Shown here: piece by piece, positions 37,201-50,202 of the stretch | How positions within the stretch are numbered: the stretch's first letter is position 1 | Layout of the letters: every line of letters starts with the position of its first letter | Source of the DNA: Xylographa opegraphella | Taxonomy: Eukaryota | Direction of reading: 5' to 3' | Length of the DNA: 64,000 nt | Assembly (NCBI GenBank): GCA_022813865.1 | Contig: JALDZX010000006.1 | Coordinates: forward strand, 1-64,000 | Program-made: the position numbers and the translations under genes | Notes under the pieces: generated by a model | Databases searched by the model: none | What the model was told of the DNA's origin: nothing | The model's input: the letters and a program-made list of their open reading frames with translations, nothing else

Positions 37201-39773
37201 CGCCGCAAAACTGCTGCGAAGGGTTCAATTATGGCAAGAATCGATCCTCCGATGCCACATTCGCGCTGTACATGAACATTGATATGGTCGAAAGTCGCTG
37301 CCCAGCTAGACTTCATGGGTGTGGAAGACTGAACTTCGAGTTCCAGTATTTTAATCATTTCTCGGTAGTCTTGTCCGGCCTGTGGAGTACTGGCGGCAGC
37401 AGTTCCATCCGATCTCGAGATTGGTGTAAGTGTAACTAGGACTTCTAACACAGCCGTCCAGAGACAATTGTTCGCGTCGTTTTCTGCTACTGGGTTGAGT
37501 GTCGTTAAATAAGCCACTTCACGTAATATCTTGAGCTTCGAATGCCTAGAAGTTGCGGAGCGAAGTGCAAGTCGAATGAAGTCCCTCAGAATGTCTTCAT
37601 AGTATTTATTAGCATCATGAAAGCAACTCAATACCATGCCAATGAGATGGACCATTGCAGAAGCTAAGAGGCCCTGAGCTCGAGGAGCTCGGCTTGATGG
37701 GGTGTCAGCCGCCTGAAATGAGTACCCAGAGGTACGTATTATACGTTTTTCGGCGAATGGAATGGGTCCGAGATTGTCGACTGCAATACTGACAAGGGAA
37801 GCGAGTTTTTGAATCCCAAATGGAGAATCTGAACAGCTCTCGTCATGCTTTGACATTGAAACATGCTTCATACAATTTAACATGTCTGCCATTGCAGATA
37901 ATGTTTCTGTGGAGATCTTGACTTCTTTACTCCCTGCATCACCGAGTGCTTTTGTGAATCCTCGCCAGGCTTGTAGGACCCATGATTGACTTGTATTGCT
38001 CGACTCCCATTTAGTAGTCAGAAGAAGAGGCTCTAGCACTTCCAGCACAGCAGCGGACTTCATTCGGACCCATTGTGGATCCAGACGCGGAAGTTCTTCT
38101 GGTTTCATTGGCAGACCATCGATAGCTCTGTTTTCTGTCCAGGCAGTCTGTTGCGAGTCTCCGAGCAGAAAGGATAAGACCTCGCAAGCAAAGTTTGCAT
38201 CCGTCTTGATAAGTAGCGGAGCAATATACTCAGCCCAGAAACGGTCTAAACCGTCATACGATGAACCTGGTCGCAAAGCGTAATAGATAAGAGTGCAGTA
38301 GGTTGCGTAAGCAATCTGTTTTGCCTGTTTGGAGTGCTTATCGCTGGATTTCCGATCAAGCTGAGCTACAATAGGCTGTCGAAGCATCTTTACCATAGAT
38401 GACCCTGTAGCAACGCTAGGATTTATGGCAAATATGAGTCGGTTCCATGAGATGTGGGCCTGGAACTTGACTTGATTGTCGGTTGAATTGAAGCACTTCT
38501 GAATGATCACAAGCCACACCCTCATGTACTCCCAATGTTCTAACTGATTTCGACGACTTCGAAGAAAGAGCATTACAACACTCCATATCTGAGGTACATG
38601 CACACCTTCATCCCTGGAGCTGAGCATGTCGTTGAGGCGGTGCACAAGCACATCCGAGAACTTCTTTCCTTCTAAAGATTGTCGGTTGAAGATTTCTAGG
38701 ACAGCGCGAGACACCTGACTCGTAGTGCCCAGAGTTGCGCTGGCATCGAGGCCAAACGCAAGCGCTCGAGACCTCACTTCCTTGATATTACTGAGCATAC
38801 CAGAAAATAGATGATCAATCCAATCGCTCACTCTGGACACCATCAATGCATTAGTCTGTGTGAGCAGTGTTTTATAGATCATGAGTCTTTGTCCAACCAC
38901 ACCATTTCCTTTGACGTTACTTGTAATTTCGCCCAGGACGTTCAGTAAGCGGTTAGCTCGATCATTGTTCATTATCTTCGGAGGAAATTTCTGTACGGCA
39001 GCTAAATGCATGTAGTGGTTGACAACGGTCTTCGAGCTGCTGGGGTTTCCAATAACGTTGATGGATTGGCTGAGAATAAATATCCGGAAATCGTCCTGAA
39101 GCATGTCGGCGAGTTTTGGCGTCCATAGAAATATTCCAAGCAACTTCAAAACCTGTGTAACCAATTGTGTATCTAAAACCACTTTTTCTGATGCTTCCAA
39201 AGATAGATCACGCCGAATGAGGTCCGTAAGTAGTGGTAATTTGTCGACGAGAGCATCGGGGTCTGGAGTATCATCATAGGTTTTTAGACAACCGTTCAAG
39301 GTCTGATAAGCATCCAGTCGTGAGCTTCGAGAGGAACTCGAGAGTTCCCGGATAACGTCCTCGAGCATTCTCGGAAAGCTGCGCGTGGTATGCTCCGGCA
39401 GCTTGCTCTCGAATTCAGAAGGGATATTGTATTTAAAGGGTTTCAGAATCGACTTTGGAGGCTTGCAGTCTTTCGATGGAGGTATTGCTCGTACATCCTT
39501 TCCTAAGGCTACAATACTTCTGCTAGCTTGAGTGAGCAAGTTGGAGTTGTCGGACAAGAAATCCACGCGCTTGAGTGGTCGTTCCGAGGATCGAGAGAAG
39601 TAGTCGGCAGACGAGTTCGGGGACTCTTCGGGTGTATCGAGCCTCGATCGGACAGTGTGTTTCGAGAAGATGATATTTCCCGGAGAGGCTATATCTTTCT
39701 GGGTATCAACTTCATGTGGTGGTGTGGGTGGCCGAATTGTTAAAATTGCCAATCCACCGGCAGTCCTGTCCAT
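34252..39773 (-). CDS. RIF1: Rap1-interacting factor 1 (telomere/replication timing regulator), 3 exons
   Basis: N-terminal PP1-docking KRVDF (RVxF) and SILK motifs; helical Rif1_N region (RLDAY, WL.IIQKCFNS, W.RL); LRHNDSQIQF and LTERQREV in a disordered C-terminus. Confidence 0.9.
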
Positions 39774-39954
39774 TTTTCAGGGAGGTAGGGTCTTGAATAG
39801 TGATCAGAGGGTGCTCGTCCATTCTCATATAGGAGGATAGCAGATATCGAGGTTCAGTGATGGTTGCTCCAAGCGTGAGGAGAACCTTGCACTTTGTCAG
39901 CGTCTACGCATTGCAAGCAGAGAACCTGTCACAACTGCAACTTTTCTGCGAGCT

Positions 39955-40026
39955 ACGCGTAGAGTATCCCTGCTCACGCGGAGCACGCGTTAAGTGGCCG
40001 GTTGCCAAGCTGCCAAGCTGCCAAGC
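39955..40026. promoter_or_regulatory. MCB boxes and tandem GCCAAG motifs in the RIF1/RIC8 divergent promoter
   Basis: ACGCGT at 39955 and 39985, ACGCGG at 39976; (TGCCAAGC)x3 at 40003-40026. Confidence 0.5.
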
Positions 40027-40445
40027 TTTGACCCTCCTAACCGAGGCCATGATCCCGGTCGTCGATCCTTGTTTGCATTCGTGGGGTAAGTTGAAGTCTC
40101 CTCGGCGCATTTCATTCTTCGAGCCTGAGCAACGAATCTACCTACTTCGACCGAAATCAAGTTCCAAACTATTCCGCTGACAACAAAGAAGCCTTCGGAT
40201 ACTGACGAAGCTCTGTCGGCCACGTCTGGTTCTTACCAGTCCAACGCTCACCGCTGGTCTGCGGGCGTTCTAAGCCACAGGGGCGGATTGGCCCGAGTGC
40301 CTTTCTTTCGCATATCAACGCTTTAGAGGAGGGTCGACTGGACCCTCGTGAGTTAAGTAAACATCTATCAGCGCTATGTCAGTCTTCGCAGGCAATATTC
40401 CAACATTAGTGTTTCGAAGGCTGTTGTCAACTTCGAACCGTAGGA

Positions 40446-42224
40446 ATGGCGCTGAGTCCACCGATACCAATCGGACCTGTGCTCAGCGGAGCTGGCGAGT
40501 TCCACTACACATGAACTTACTTTTTGAATTCTAATTGTTGTGAATAGAGAAACTTGCTGAGGTTACGCGATTGATAAACATACTGGAGGTCGACTTGAAA
40601 GAGAAAAATCTCTTACCACCAAGTGAGAACTCCCGCATTCAAGAATCAGCCTTGACTGATTTGGTGGCATACAGAGCGTAATGCAACGCTTGAAGAGCTG
40701 AAGGTGCATACCCGTAGCATCGACGATGCAGACCCAATCCTCACTACACGGGTAATATTCTCGGGCTGTACTACCATGACTTCGAGCTGACATTGCTTAG
40801 GGGATCAGCGTTCTCTGTCAACACAGCTTCAAAGGGAATTCACTCACGACAGCACGAGGGGCGCTGAAATGCTTAGCCAATGTTATGCTTCTGGAACCAT
40901 CGACGAGACAGATATTTGTGGATTTGGGATATGCTCCAAAGGCTGCTGAGCGTCTGAAGGTTACTTTAAGTTGCCCTGACTCCATGGAGTGTAATTAACC
41001 ATCGATAGAATGACAACCGGGAAGACGAATTCCTGGCTTCGCGGCTTCTATTTCTGACGACTTACGAAACCAACTTGGACTTCGAGGACTTATTCGAAAC
41101 TCACCAACTGGCGGAGAGCATTAATACTGTAAGTCAGAACTTCCATTGTTGAAAAGTTTCAATGCGACTAACACTCGGTATAGAATCTCTCGCGGCATGC
41201 CAAAATATTTTCTAAAGCCGGCCCCAAATCCCCAGTTCCGCTATTTACTATTCTGGCACTTTCCGAAACGCTCAAGCTTCTTTTCAACCTCACCCAGTTC
41301 TACCCTCACCATGCGCTTGTATTCACCAAGTCCTTGCTGTATATCCTTAAAATACTGGCCAATATCAAAGTGCCAACGCCGCCGTTGCAACCACCTATTA
41401 CATATCTGATCAACTCTTTGTTAAACCTTGATCTTGAGGATAAGAAGGCTCGGCATTTTATGCAGAATCCACTCTTCCCAAAGTTTGATCCGAACAACAA
41501 TGCCGACCGGCTCATCAAAATCCTAAACTCAGCTGTGCGCCAATATAAGGCGGAGGAACTTGAGCGGCTCGCTACCCCATTAGCCTCCCTCATCCGCAAG
41601 ATATATGACTTCGCACCTGAGACCGTGAAGCATCATATACGTTTCTTACTCCTACCATCGGATGAGGAGCGTGCACAACCATTGGGCAAGTCAGACACAC
41701 TATCAGCTCATCTGCTGCACCTCTCCACGTCTCCCGTTGCGCCTAGCTTACGAGAGACCGTCTCAAATTTATTGTTCGAGCTGTCTGATCGTGACGCAAC
41801 AAGTTTTGTACGAAACGTTGGATACGGATTCGCCTCCGGTTTCCTTTTAACTCACGATCTTCCCGTTCCGGAAAATGCGCTAGAAGCGTGGAGCACTGGT
41901 GCCAATGGTGATAAGGAGCCTTTGCTGGAAGACCTCGGAGAGAAGATTACCAACATCAACGGCGTCGAAATCAACCCTGTCACTGGACAGAGGCGCGATA
42001 GAGAGCCCAGCAATACCGAAGTGGAGATGACAGAAGAAGAGAAAGAGATAGAGGCTGAAAGATTATTCATCTTGTTCGAAAGGCGAGTTGCTAGACCTTT
42101 GTACTCGAAGATTACCTTTACGATCATGCTAACCACTCCCAGATTACGTGCGACAGGCGTAGTGAACGTGGAAAATCCTGTGACCCGAGCCATGCAGGAA
42201 GGCAGATTCGAAGAAATCGAATGA
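40446..42224 (+). CDS. RIC8: Ric8/synembryn G-alpha chaperone/GEF, multi-exon
   Basis: ALKCLANVMLL, EFLASRLLFLTTY, LSETLKLLFN, FVRNVGYGFASGFL, INPVTGQ, MTEEEKE.EAERLFILFER|LRATGVV. Confidence 0.92.
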
Positions 42225-42605
42225 AAGTTTTGCTACCCAGGTCCACTGATCTCTGGAAGTGATTCCAAAAGTCTCCTAAGCGACTAATTATGGTGTTTGA
42301 GTTGCTTCACGACGGATTTCCTTTGGCACGATAACCCAATAGGTTTGGGCGTACATTGATGTTTTGTGCGCAATGCCCTCTGACGACAAGAGTTGGAAAT
42401 CGACAAGCTCTAGCTCAGTGACTTTCTGCGTGTATTTCAGCTGTACTGTCCGGCTCTAAAAGCGAACTTCTGATTTTGTATGCTATGCTCCAAGTCTATA
42501 GACACTGCAGCTCCTTTTCATTGAGCTTTGTGCAGGCCTTGTGTATTATAATCCACGCGCAACAAAATCCTTTCAACGCTAAATCGCACGATCACCACCC
42601 ACCTA

Positions 42606-43571
42606 TCAATCTTCCTTGTCCCCCCTCCCTCCTTTCTCCCCTTGCGGGTTTTGAAATCTCGCCCTCACCGTCCGCACCATCCTGCCAAACCAATATACGT
42701 TCAACACGCTCAGAACCGTGTTGCTCGCCAAGTACGCCAGCGCCAGCCACCTCGGCACCGGCAGCTCCGCGGGCGTCTGCATCGCGCGCCAGACATCTCG
42801 ATACAGATTGACGCTCTGGTACGTCCCCCACAGCAGCCTGCTGCAAGCGAAAGTGGTGATGAGAACAACGCCGTTAACGAGCTGCGCCCACGAGCCCGTC
42901 ATGCCGAGCTTATCCAAGAACCAGTGAATGTTCAGAAACGGCGTCGACAGCTCATAAAGCACGAAGTTCAGGCCGTAGTAGTTGACGAAGGGGCGCTGCA
43001 GCACAATTCATCAGTCAATCATTCAGTCATTCCCTGAACCCCGCTGAGCAGGGCTCCCGGTAACCAAAAACTAAAGGGGAAGGGTACGCACGAAACCCAG
43101 CAACGACACCGCCAGCGCGCTGCCCGCGTGCGCCACCGCGCCCCACCCGAACAGGCCCGGGTCCGCCACGCTGACGAGCAGGTCCCAGAGGAAATACCCG
43201 GTCGCGAAACCCTGCACCATGCCCGTGGCGCCGGAGTAGCCCCAGACGCGCTCACGCCAGTCCATGCGGCGGCGGTCGGCGTCGGCGTAGAGCAGCCACA
43301 GCGTGAGGCCGTTGACGGCAAGCGACTGCAGCAGCGAGACGACGTGCACGTCCCAGTTGTGGCGCGTGCGCGCGGGCAGGCGGCCGTAGGCGGCGGGGAA
43401 GAGGCGCGCGGAGAGGAGGGGCGAGGCCACGCGGCCGAGGAAGGCGTAGATGCAGAAGGCGGGCAGGATCTCGTGCATGTGCAGCGGGAGCGTGCGCAGG
43501 TGGAGGGCCTGTGCGAGGGGGAGGGAGGCGCGGACGAGGGGAGGGGGGGCGGGGAGGAAGGGGTCGTGCAT
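42606..43571 (-). CDS. TLC (TRAM/LAG1/CLN8) domain membrane protein, 2 exons
   Basis: TLPLHMHE, NWDVHVVSLLQS, ERVWGY, GYFLWDL, RPFVNYYGLNFVLYELSTPFLNIHWFLDK, LNVYWF. Confidence 0.9.
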
Positions 43572-44284
43572 TGTGCGGAGGGGTGGGGGGTGGAGGAGGG
43601 AGGTGGTGGTGTTAGTGGTGAGGAGGGGTCATTGGAGTGGATGGAGGGTTGGTGAGAGTTTGTAGACAAAGGGGATTGGTTTTGTGAGGATTGGGGAATG
43701 TGGTTGTGCGAATGAATGTTGGGAAATGGGTGCTCTTGGTTGATGCGGTCATAGATCTGGATATTCATATAGCCCTATCCGCTCCCGCTCCCGCTGTCAG
43801 ATAAGCGAGCAGCTAGGGGCGAGTCGGAGCGAGTGGACCTCTTAATTCTTCGTTGGTGTTCAGGTAACCGAATTGTATGACAGCAGTGGGTGGATGGCCC
43901 ACGGATACAGATATAGAATAATGATCGGGATGTACAATAGAGTGTCGATTGTCAGTCGCTGGATGGTATTTGAATCTCTATGTGCACAATCTATGTTAAA
44001 CGCCTCCGGAAAATGCCCTCGATTGCCAACCACGCTTCGTTACTTCCGTGCCACAGCGAGTGCTTTCCTGTCAAGGATGGTAACATTCGCTCCTGCTCGT
44101 CATGCCTTTTCTGCCGTCCATAGCAATAAACGATGTTCACGTATCCTTCCATCTCAACTTGTACATCATCGCTTGTTCAGCCCATAATTAGAGTATCGTT
44201 GTCCAGTACATCCATTACAGCTTATCCAGCATTTCAAACTTCGATTTATATTTGGTTCAAAACATTTTTAGTACCTCGACCATC

Positions 44285-45203
44285 ATGTCGAAACACTGCG
44301 AAGCATCCTCCTCCACTCCAGCTTCGTCCCCCCTCTCCCCTCTCGCTTTCTTACATGATCGTATCCTCTCTATCTTCCAAGACGGTCGGAAGCGCTCTGC
44401 CGGCAAATTCCTTGCCCTCCGCCAGCTCGTTCTTGACGGCACAGATCCCGTACTGGACTTCGACGCCAACCTTCAGGCCATCGGGACGGGGCGGATTGGG
44501 TGGAACGTTTGTGAGCTTGTGGCTGGGACGGTCATGGTGGTGGCCTCGCCTTGTGACAGAAGGCAGAATAAGCAGGCGTTGAGATTCGCCTCCAGGATAC
44601 TCGGGGGTCTGCCTACGATGAGGACAGTCGGTACCGTCCCCTCCGCAGATCTCGGCGAATACTTCAGGGTGGCGAAGAAGGCCGCCATTGACGGCCACGT
44701 GGGAAAGCTGACTGTGCTGGGCGTGAACCTTGTGGATGTAGGAATGCTGGAGAGGAAGCAGGCAGGCAAGGATTTAGGGTATACATCTTTTGAGCATACG
44801 TTTGTGCTGGGAATCGGACGAGAAGGATTCCGCATGTGGTCGGCGTGGGCTCGTTGTGATTACCAGCTCGATGATCTTGCCAAGCCAACGGGTGCACGGC
44901 TCCGAGACTGGGATGAAGGGAAGGAACTCTTGAAGTTCTTCAAGATCCTCACAACGGGGAAGGTATATATCGAATTTGCGTCAATCGGGGAGCGGGTATT
45001 GCTGACGAGCATCATCATCATAGGGTACATGGTCCGAAGAAATCAACAAGGCATACGCGACATTGTTCGAAGTCGACTTGTTGGAAATACGCGGAAAGGA
45101 CAAACAATGTTTGCCTATTGTGCCTGAATACAAGTCATGGGTGCGCATATTTGAGATCAACGACGTCCAGACGACGAATTTTGAAAAGCTCAAGTGGTAC
45201 TAA
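44285..45203 (+). CDS. Uncharacterised fungal protein, 2 exons
   Basis: Open frame from ATG 44285; intron about 44963-45022 (GTATAT..GCTGAC..TAG); exon 2 GTWSEEINKAYATLFEVDL...EKLKWY*. Confidence 0.7.
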
Positions 45204-45433
45204 ACGTCTCGAAATAATGTTATGGAGAGTATGCTGATTTGACATTAGTTATCCCTTGGGCCCACGGCTGAGGAGATCCTGCGAGGATATGGGTGCACAC
45301 TCTATTGTCACCAATGGAAAATTTCATGGCGAAATATAGAAGCTTAGGTGGTAGAGAAACCCGCTCAGGATAAGCGAACGTAACTTTTCTCATTGCTCCT
45401 CTATAAGCGTTCTGGTCTATGGTCTAATCTAAT

Positions 45434-47343
45434 TCATCGACTGAGCTTTGTCTCTCTGATGAAAGCTAGATCACAATTAACTTCATGTCCCATTGTTTTT
45501 GTTATTGGTGACGGACCGCTACTTATCAACGCACATACTACGATTCCGGTCATCAGCATGAAACCATGGCTTGTCGCGGTACCATAGCATTTTCGAACAA
45601 TGTCTGCAATCTTAGGCTCCAGTGTCTTAATAACATCGAGACTCTCTCGAACTTTGCGGACAATCTCGTCTGCATCTCTACCACTGTTCAGCTTATCCCG
45701 TAGCTGGTTTCGAAGGGATTGCTGAACGACCGTGGCAGATATGGATAAGCCAACCACCGAGCCTAGAGACCGGAACAGATAAGAACAAGCAGTCGCTACT
45801 GCCTGATCTTCTGGAGGGGCATTGGCGATAATGCTAATTAGGGTTGTTGTGACCCCAATACCATTGCCGAAACCGGCGCTTCCAGTAGGTAAGCAGAGGC
45901 AATGAAATCAGGGGCTGAGAACACTGACAACACAAGCCCCACAGACAAACCCCAGGTACTATTCACAACGACTCCTGTGAACAACAGCACCAGCAAGACT
46001 CCAAGCGTCAAACTCGCATAAGCTAAGACAGTGAGAATGAAGTATTTCCTGTTTTGTAAAATCAGCAACCTGAATCGCTCCATAGTCCCGAGTGGCGATC
46101 TACCCGGTCTTTTGCATCACCAGTCCTCCAAACAGAGAGCCAGACACACCTGCACAAATACCCGGGAGAAGTCGCACGCCAGCTTGCGTAGCACTGAAGT
46201 TGTCCACAGTCTGAAAGTATAATGGTATATAGAAGAGACACGCAAGCCAGCCGCCGAAACTGAAAAAGTTACATAAGTAGCAAGCAAACAGACTGCGTTC
46301 AAAAATGATGTGACCTGGTGCGAATGGTTCTGCGGCGTAGTTATGTTCGACAAACACAAAGAGTATGAATAAAGGTAACGAGAGGCAGAGAGGGACGATG
46401 CTTATAGGGGCCGACCAAGACACATTACTACCTCGATCGAGACCGAGTAGAAGTGTGAACACGGCAGATACTAGTACCAAGGCCCCCGGAAAGTCAATTC
46501 GTGCAAGTTTTGTTTTCCAATGCGAGCTTTCCGTCTTTGGCAATTTCAAGGTGAAGAAGACACTGATGAATGCGAGTACGCAAAGTGGAAATTGCCCGAG
46601 AAATGCCCACCGCCAGCTTATCGAGTCAGCGATGATACCTCCCGCAGGAGCACCAATCCCAGCGCCCGATGCGTCTGTCATGGTTCGTAAGATTGTCAAT
46701 CCCTCAATTCGGCGAGTTGCTCACATATGATGTTGATGATTCCTTGCCACGTCCCCCTCTCGCGCAATGGTACGATATCACTCATCATGATGGAGACCAC
46801 CGTTGTCATTCCTCCGCCACCGATACCGGCAAACGCTCTTGCAGCGATCAGTTCGTTCATGTTTCTGGCTAGCCCACAACACAGACAGCCGATCCCGAAT
46901 ACTGCATACCCGAAGAGAAGCGCTGGCTTTCTTCCGAATATATCGCTGAGTTTGCCATATAATGGCTGGAATGAAGTGAGAGTAAGGAAATAGGCGGTGG
47001 CTATCCAGGAGGTATTATTCAGCGCATGCAACTCGCTTCCGATCTTACCATAGCATGACACAATAATGGTTTGGTCTCCAGCAGACAAAAAGATACCAAC
47101 TGCAATGGCCGGAAGAATATATTTCAACTGTTTTTTGACTTCTGGCAACCCCTCGTATTGGGCACCCCGCGGATTATCTTGCCCTTGCCGTTCCTCATCA
47201 CCATCCGGCGAGGGGTCCTTGAAAGACCCATTGACACTACCATTGTTTGACGAAGTCCCTTGAGCTGCGTCCCCAGGTTCGAGATAGGCTGTAGATGCTC
47301 CGGACAGCAGTGGGGATGATTCAGTGGGCTCGCTGGCAGGCAT
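45434..47343 (-). CDS. MFS DHA2/Vba-like 14-TM transporter, multi-exon
   Basis: ESSPLL (acidic dileucine-like), FLSAGDQTI, FQPLYGKLSDIFGRK, DIVPLRERGTWQG, WRWAFLGQ, RIDFPG, ATACSYLFRSLG. Confidence 0.9.
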
Positions 47344-47926
47344 AATTATGAGACACTGGCACGCAAGACTATGTACGGCCAAAAAAGTACCCCAAAGTGA
47401 AATGTGACCGATGAGACTGACGCATCTTTCGGCTCTTCACCCACAGCAGCACTTCCGTTTGTTGAGGATATGACATATCACTTTTGGGGTGAAAAGCTAC
47501 GCTTGGCATGGCAGGTCGAAGCCAGCTTATCGGACGATCGCGCACGTGCTGATAGTGTATACTTGCCCTAGACGCTGCCTCTTGTCGAACGTGCACAACT
47601 CGCTTAACGGTCCGAAAGAGGAAAGGATAATTAAGATTGTCGACCAGGGGTGTCTGCATAAAATGGCATAAGCTCGAACTGGCCGGCTATCGGCGTGCAC
47701 GGCAGAAGTTCCCATCCGAGCATTGCTGTATGAGACGCGCCAGACAGGGAGATCTCTAACGAAATGGAATCCCCGCCTCGATACGTGCGATGTGATCACT
47801 GCGAGCTTCATTGTTGCGTCACACTGTCACTACAGAAGATTCTTTTCGCAGCAGCGAGTGAGTCCGGCACCGGATATCAACGACCTGATCACCAGTTTTA
47901 GTTGCCGCCCGGGAGGACTAGTAACT

Positions 47927-49923
47927 ATGGAGGCTACTACCCGTACGTTGGCTGCTTGTTTGCTGGACTTACCTCCACCACCATTCCTTGAGCGCCTGCT
48001 GACTTTGGGTGTGCTCGTTCAGGAGCTGGTCCGCCGCAGGACCAGAACCCTTCGTCCACCAAGCAGTTCTCAGATGCTCGGCGCGAAGAGAACGGGACCC
48101 CGAGTACTCCCGAAACAACTAACGGAAACATACCTGACCGTCTGTCATCTTCGACTTCTGTTCTGTCAGCGCAGTCGAGCCTTGCTTTCCATGGCGAGAA
48201 TGAAGAATCGAAGACGCCAGTCTCGGACACGAACCATAACGGGGACCAATACGCGAAGGATATTGAGAAGGTCGAATTAGAGGAGAATACATCTACACAA
48301 CAGGCCACAACCAAGGATCCTAATATTGTTGATTGGGATGGGCCGAATGATCCCATGAAGGCGGTCAATTGGTCGAAGAAGAAGAAATGGACTACTATTG
48401 GGTGTCTTTCGGCCATGACCTTCATAACGTGCCTTACAAATCTGTCCCCCTGTGGCCTTGTCGCTTATGCTGACATTCTTTCAGGCCACTAGCCTCCTCA
48501 ATGTTTGCTCCTGGAGTTCCTCAAGTCCTCTCCGACTTCAACTCAGATGATGCCCTGCTGGGATCATTTGTAGTCTCGGTCTACATCCTTGGTTATGCAA
48601 CGGGTCCTCTAATCGTCGCGCCTCTCTCAGAACTATACGGTCGTAGATGGGTGTATCACTCGACTAACGTTCTCTTTGTTATCTTCACCATTGCATGTGC
48701 TGTCGCTTCCAACCTGAACATGCTGATCGGCTTTCGGTTTCTTGCAGGCTGCGCAGGCTCGGCGGTGCTCACGATGGGGGGCGGGACCGTCGCTGATCTG
48801 TTTAGACAGGAAGAGAGGGGATCTGCGATAGCGCTGGTATAGATAAATCCGAGTTATCTGATAACAAAGAAAGTTATTTATTAACAAAAACAGTTCTCCG
48901 CAGGTCCATTGCTCGGTCCTGTCGTAGGTCCCGTGGCTGGCGGATTTTTGTCTCAAGCAAAAGGCTGGAGATGGGTCTTCTGGGTGATCGCCATATTCGT
49001 AAGTCATATTCGCTTCCGCCCACTGAATAGCGATTGACGACTTCCAGGCTGGTGCCCTTACCATTGTCTGCTTCTTGGTGTTGCGTGAGAGCTACCCGTC
49101 TGCAATATTGGAACGGAAGGCGAGAAAGCTACGAAAGGAGACCGGCAACCAGTCTTTTCGATCGGCCCTTCACTCTGGACTCTCGCCGGTAAACCTATTC
49201 AAACGATCAATCATCCGACCAGCCAAAATGCTATTCCTCTCGCCCATTGTTCTCCTACTGTCCATCGACATGGCGATAGTCTACGGCTACCTGTACCTCC
49301 TCTTCACGACCATCACCGAGGTCTTCCAAAGCACATACCATTTCTCCCAGGGCTCCGTCGGCCTGACCTATCTCGGCCTGGGTATCGGCATGTTCATGGG
49401 TCTCGCCATCTTCGGTGCCGCGTCCGACTACATCCTGAAGCGGCAATCCGCCAAAGGTGAGATGAAGCCGGAATATCGGCTCCCGCCCATGATCCCCGGC
49501 GCTTTCTTCATCCCCATCGGCCTCTTCATCTACGGCTGGACGGCAGAGAAGCAGGTCTTCTGGTTCGTGCCCATCTTCGGCAGTTCGTTGGTGGGTTTAG
49601 GTTTGCTAGCCACCTTCGTAAGTTCCTCATATCTCTCTTCCTTTACCCCTTTATTCATTGGGTTCCAGTTGCCCATCCAAACATACCTCGTCGACGCCTT
49701 CACCGCCCACGCCGCATCCGCCTTGGCCGCCAACACCGTGCTCCGGTCCCTCGTCGGCGCCTTGCTGCCCCTGGCTGGCCCGACCATGTACGCCAAGCTC
49801 GGTCTCGGGTGGGGGAACTCGCTGCTCGGCTTCATCGCCGTGGCTATGCTGCCCATACCGTGGATCTTCCTGATCTACGGCGAGCGCATCCGCACGAGTC
49901 CGCGGTTCCGGGTCACTTTCTGA
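47927..49923 (+). CDS. MFS DHA1 multidrug transporter, multi-exon; start exon tentative
   Basis: [75 protein letters not shown]. Confidence 0.9.
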
Positions 49924-50202
49924 GAAATCTAAGGGGTTTTTGCAGCGGATCAAAGGGCTGGCTGTCGGAGAGTGATGACGGCTGGTTTTGGGGGGAAGGG
50001 TGTGGTTCGCAATATACCCGGCTATGATTACTACGGATCCATAGCGTAGCCGAGAGGGTGGGGGACATTTCGATCTTCGCACCCGCACAACTGTACATGC
50101 ATACATACATGCAATCACATTCACCGCATCGCATCGCATCACATGATCGTCCGTAGCGTCTACCTTGCACAATCATTCAAACCCTCAAACCCCCTACCAC
50201 AC

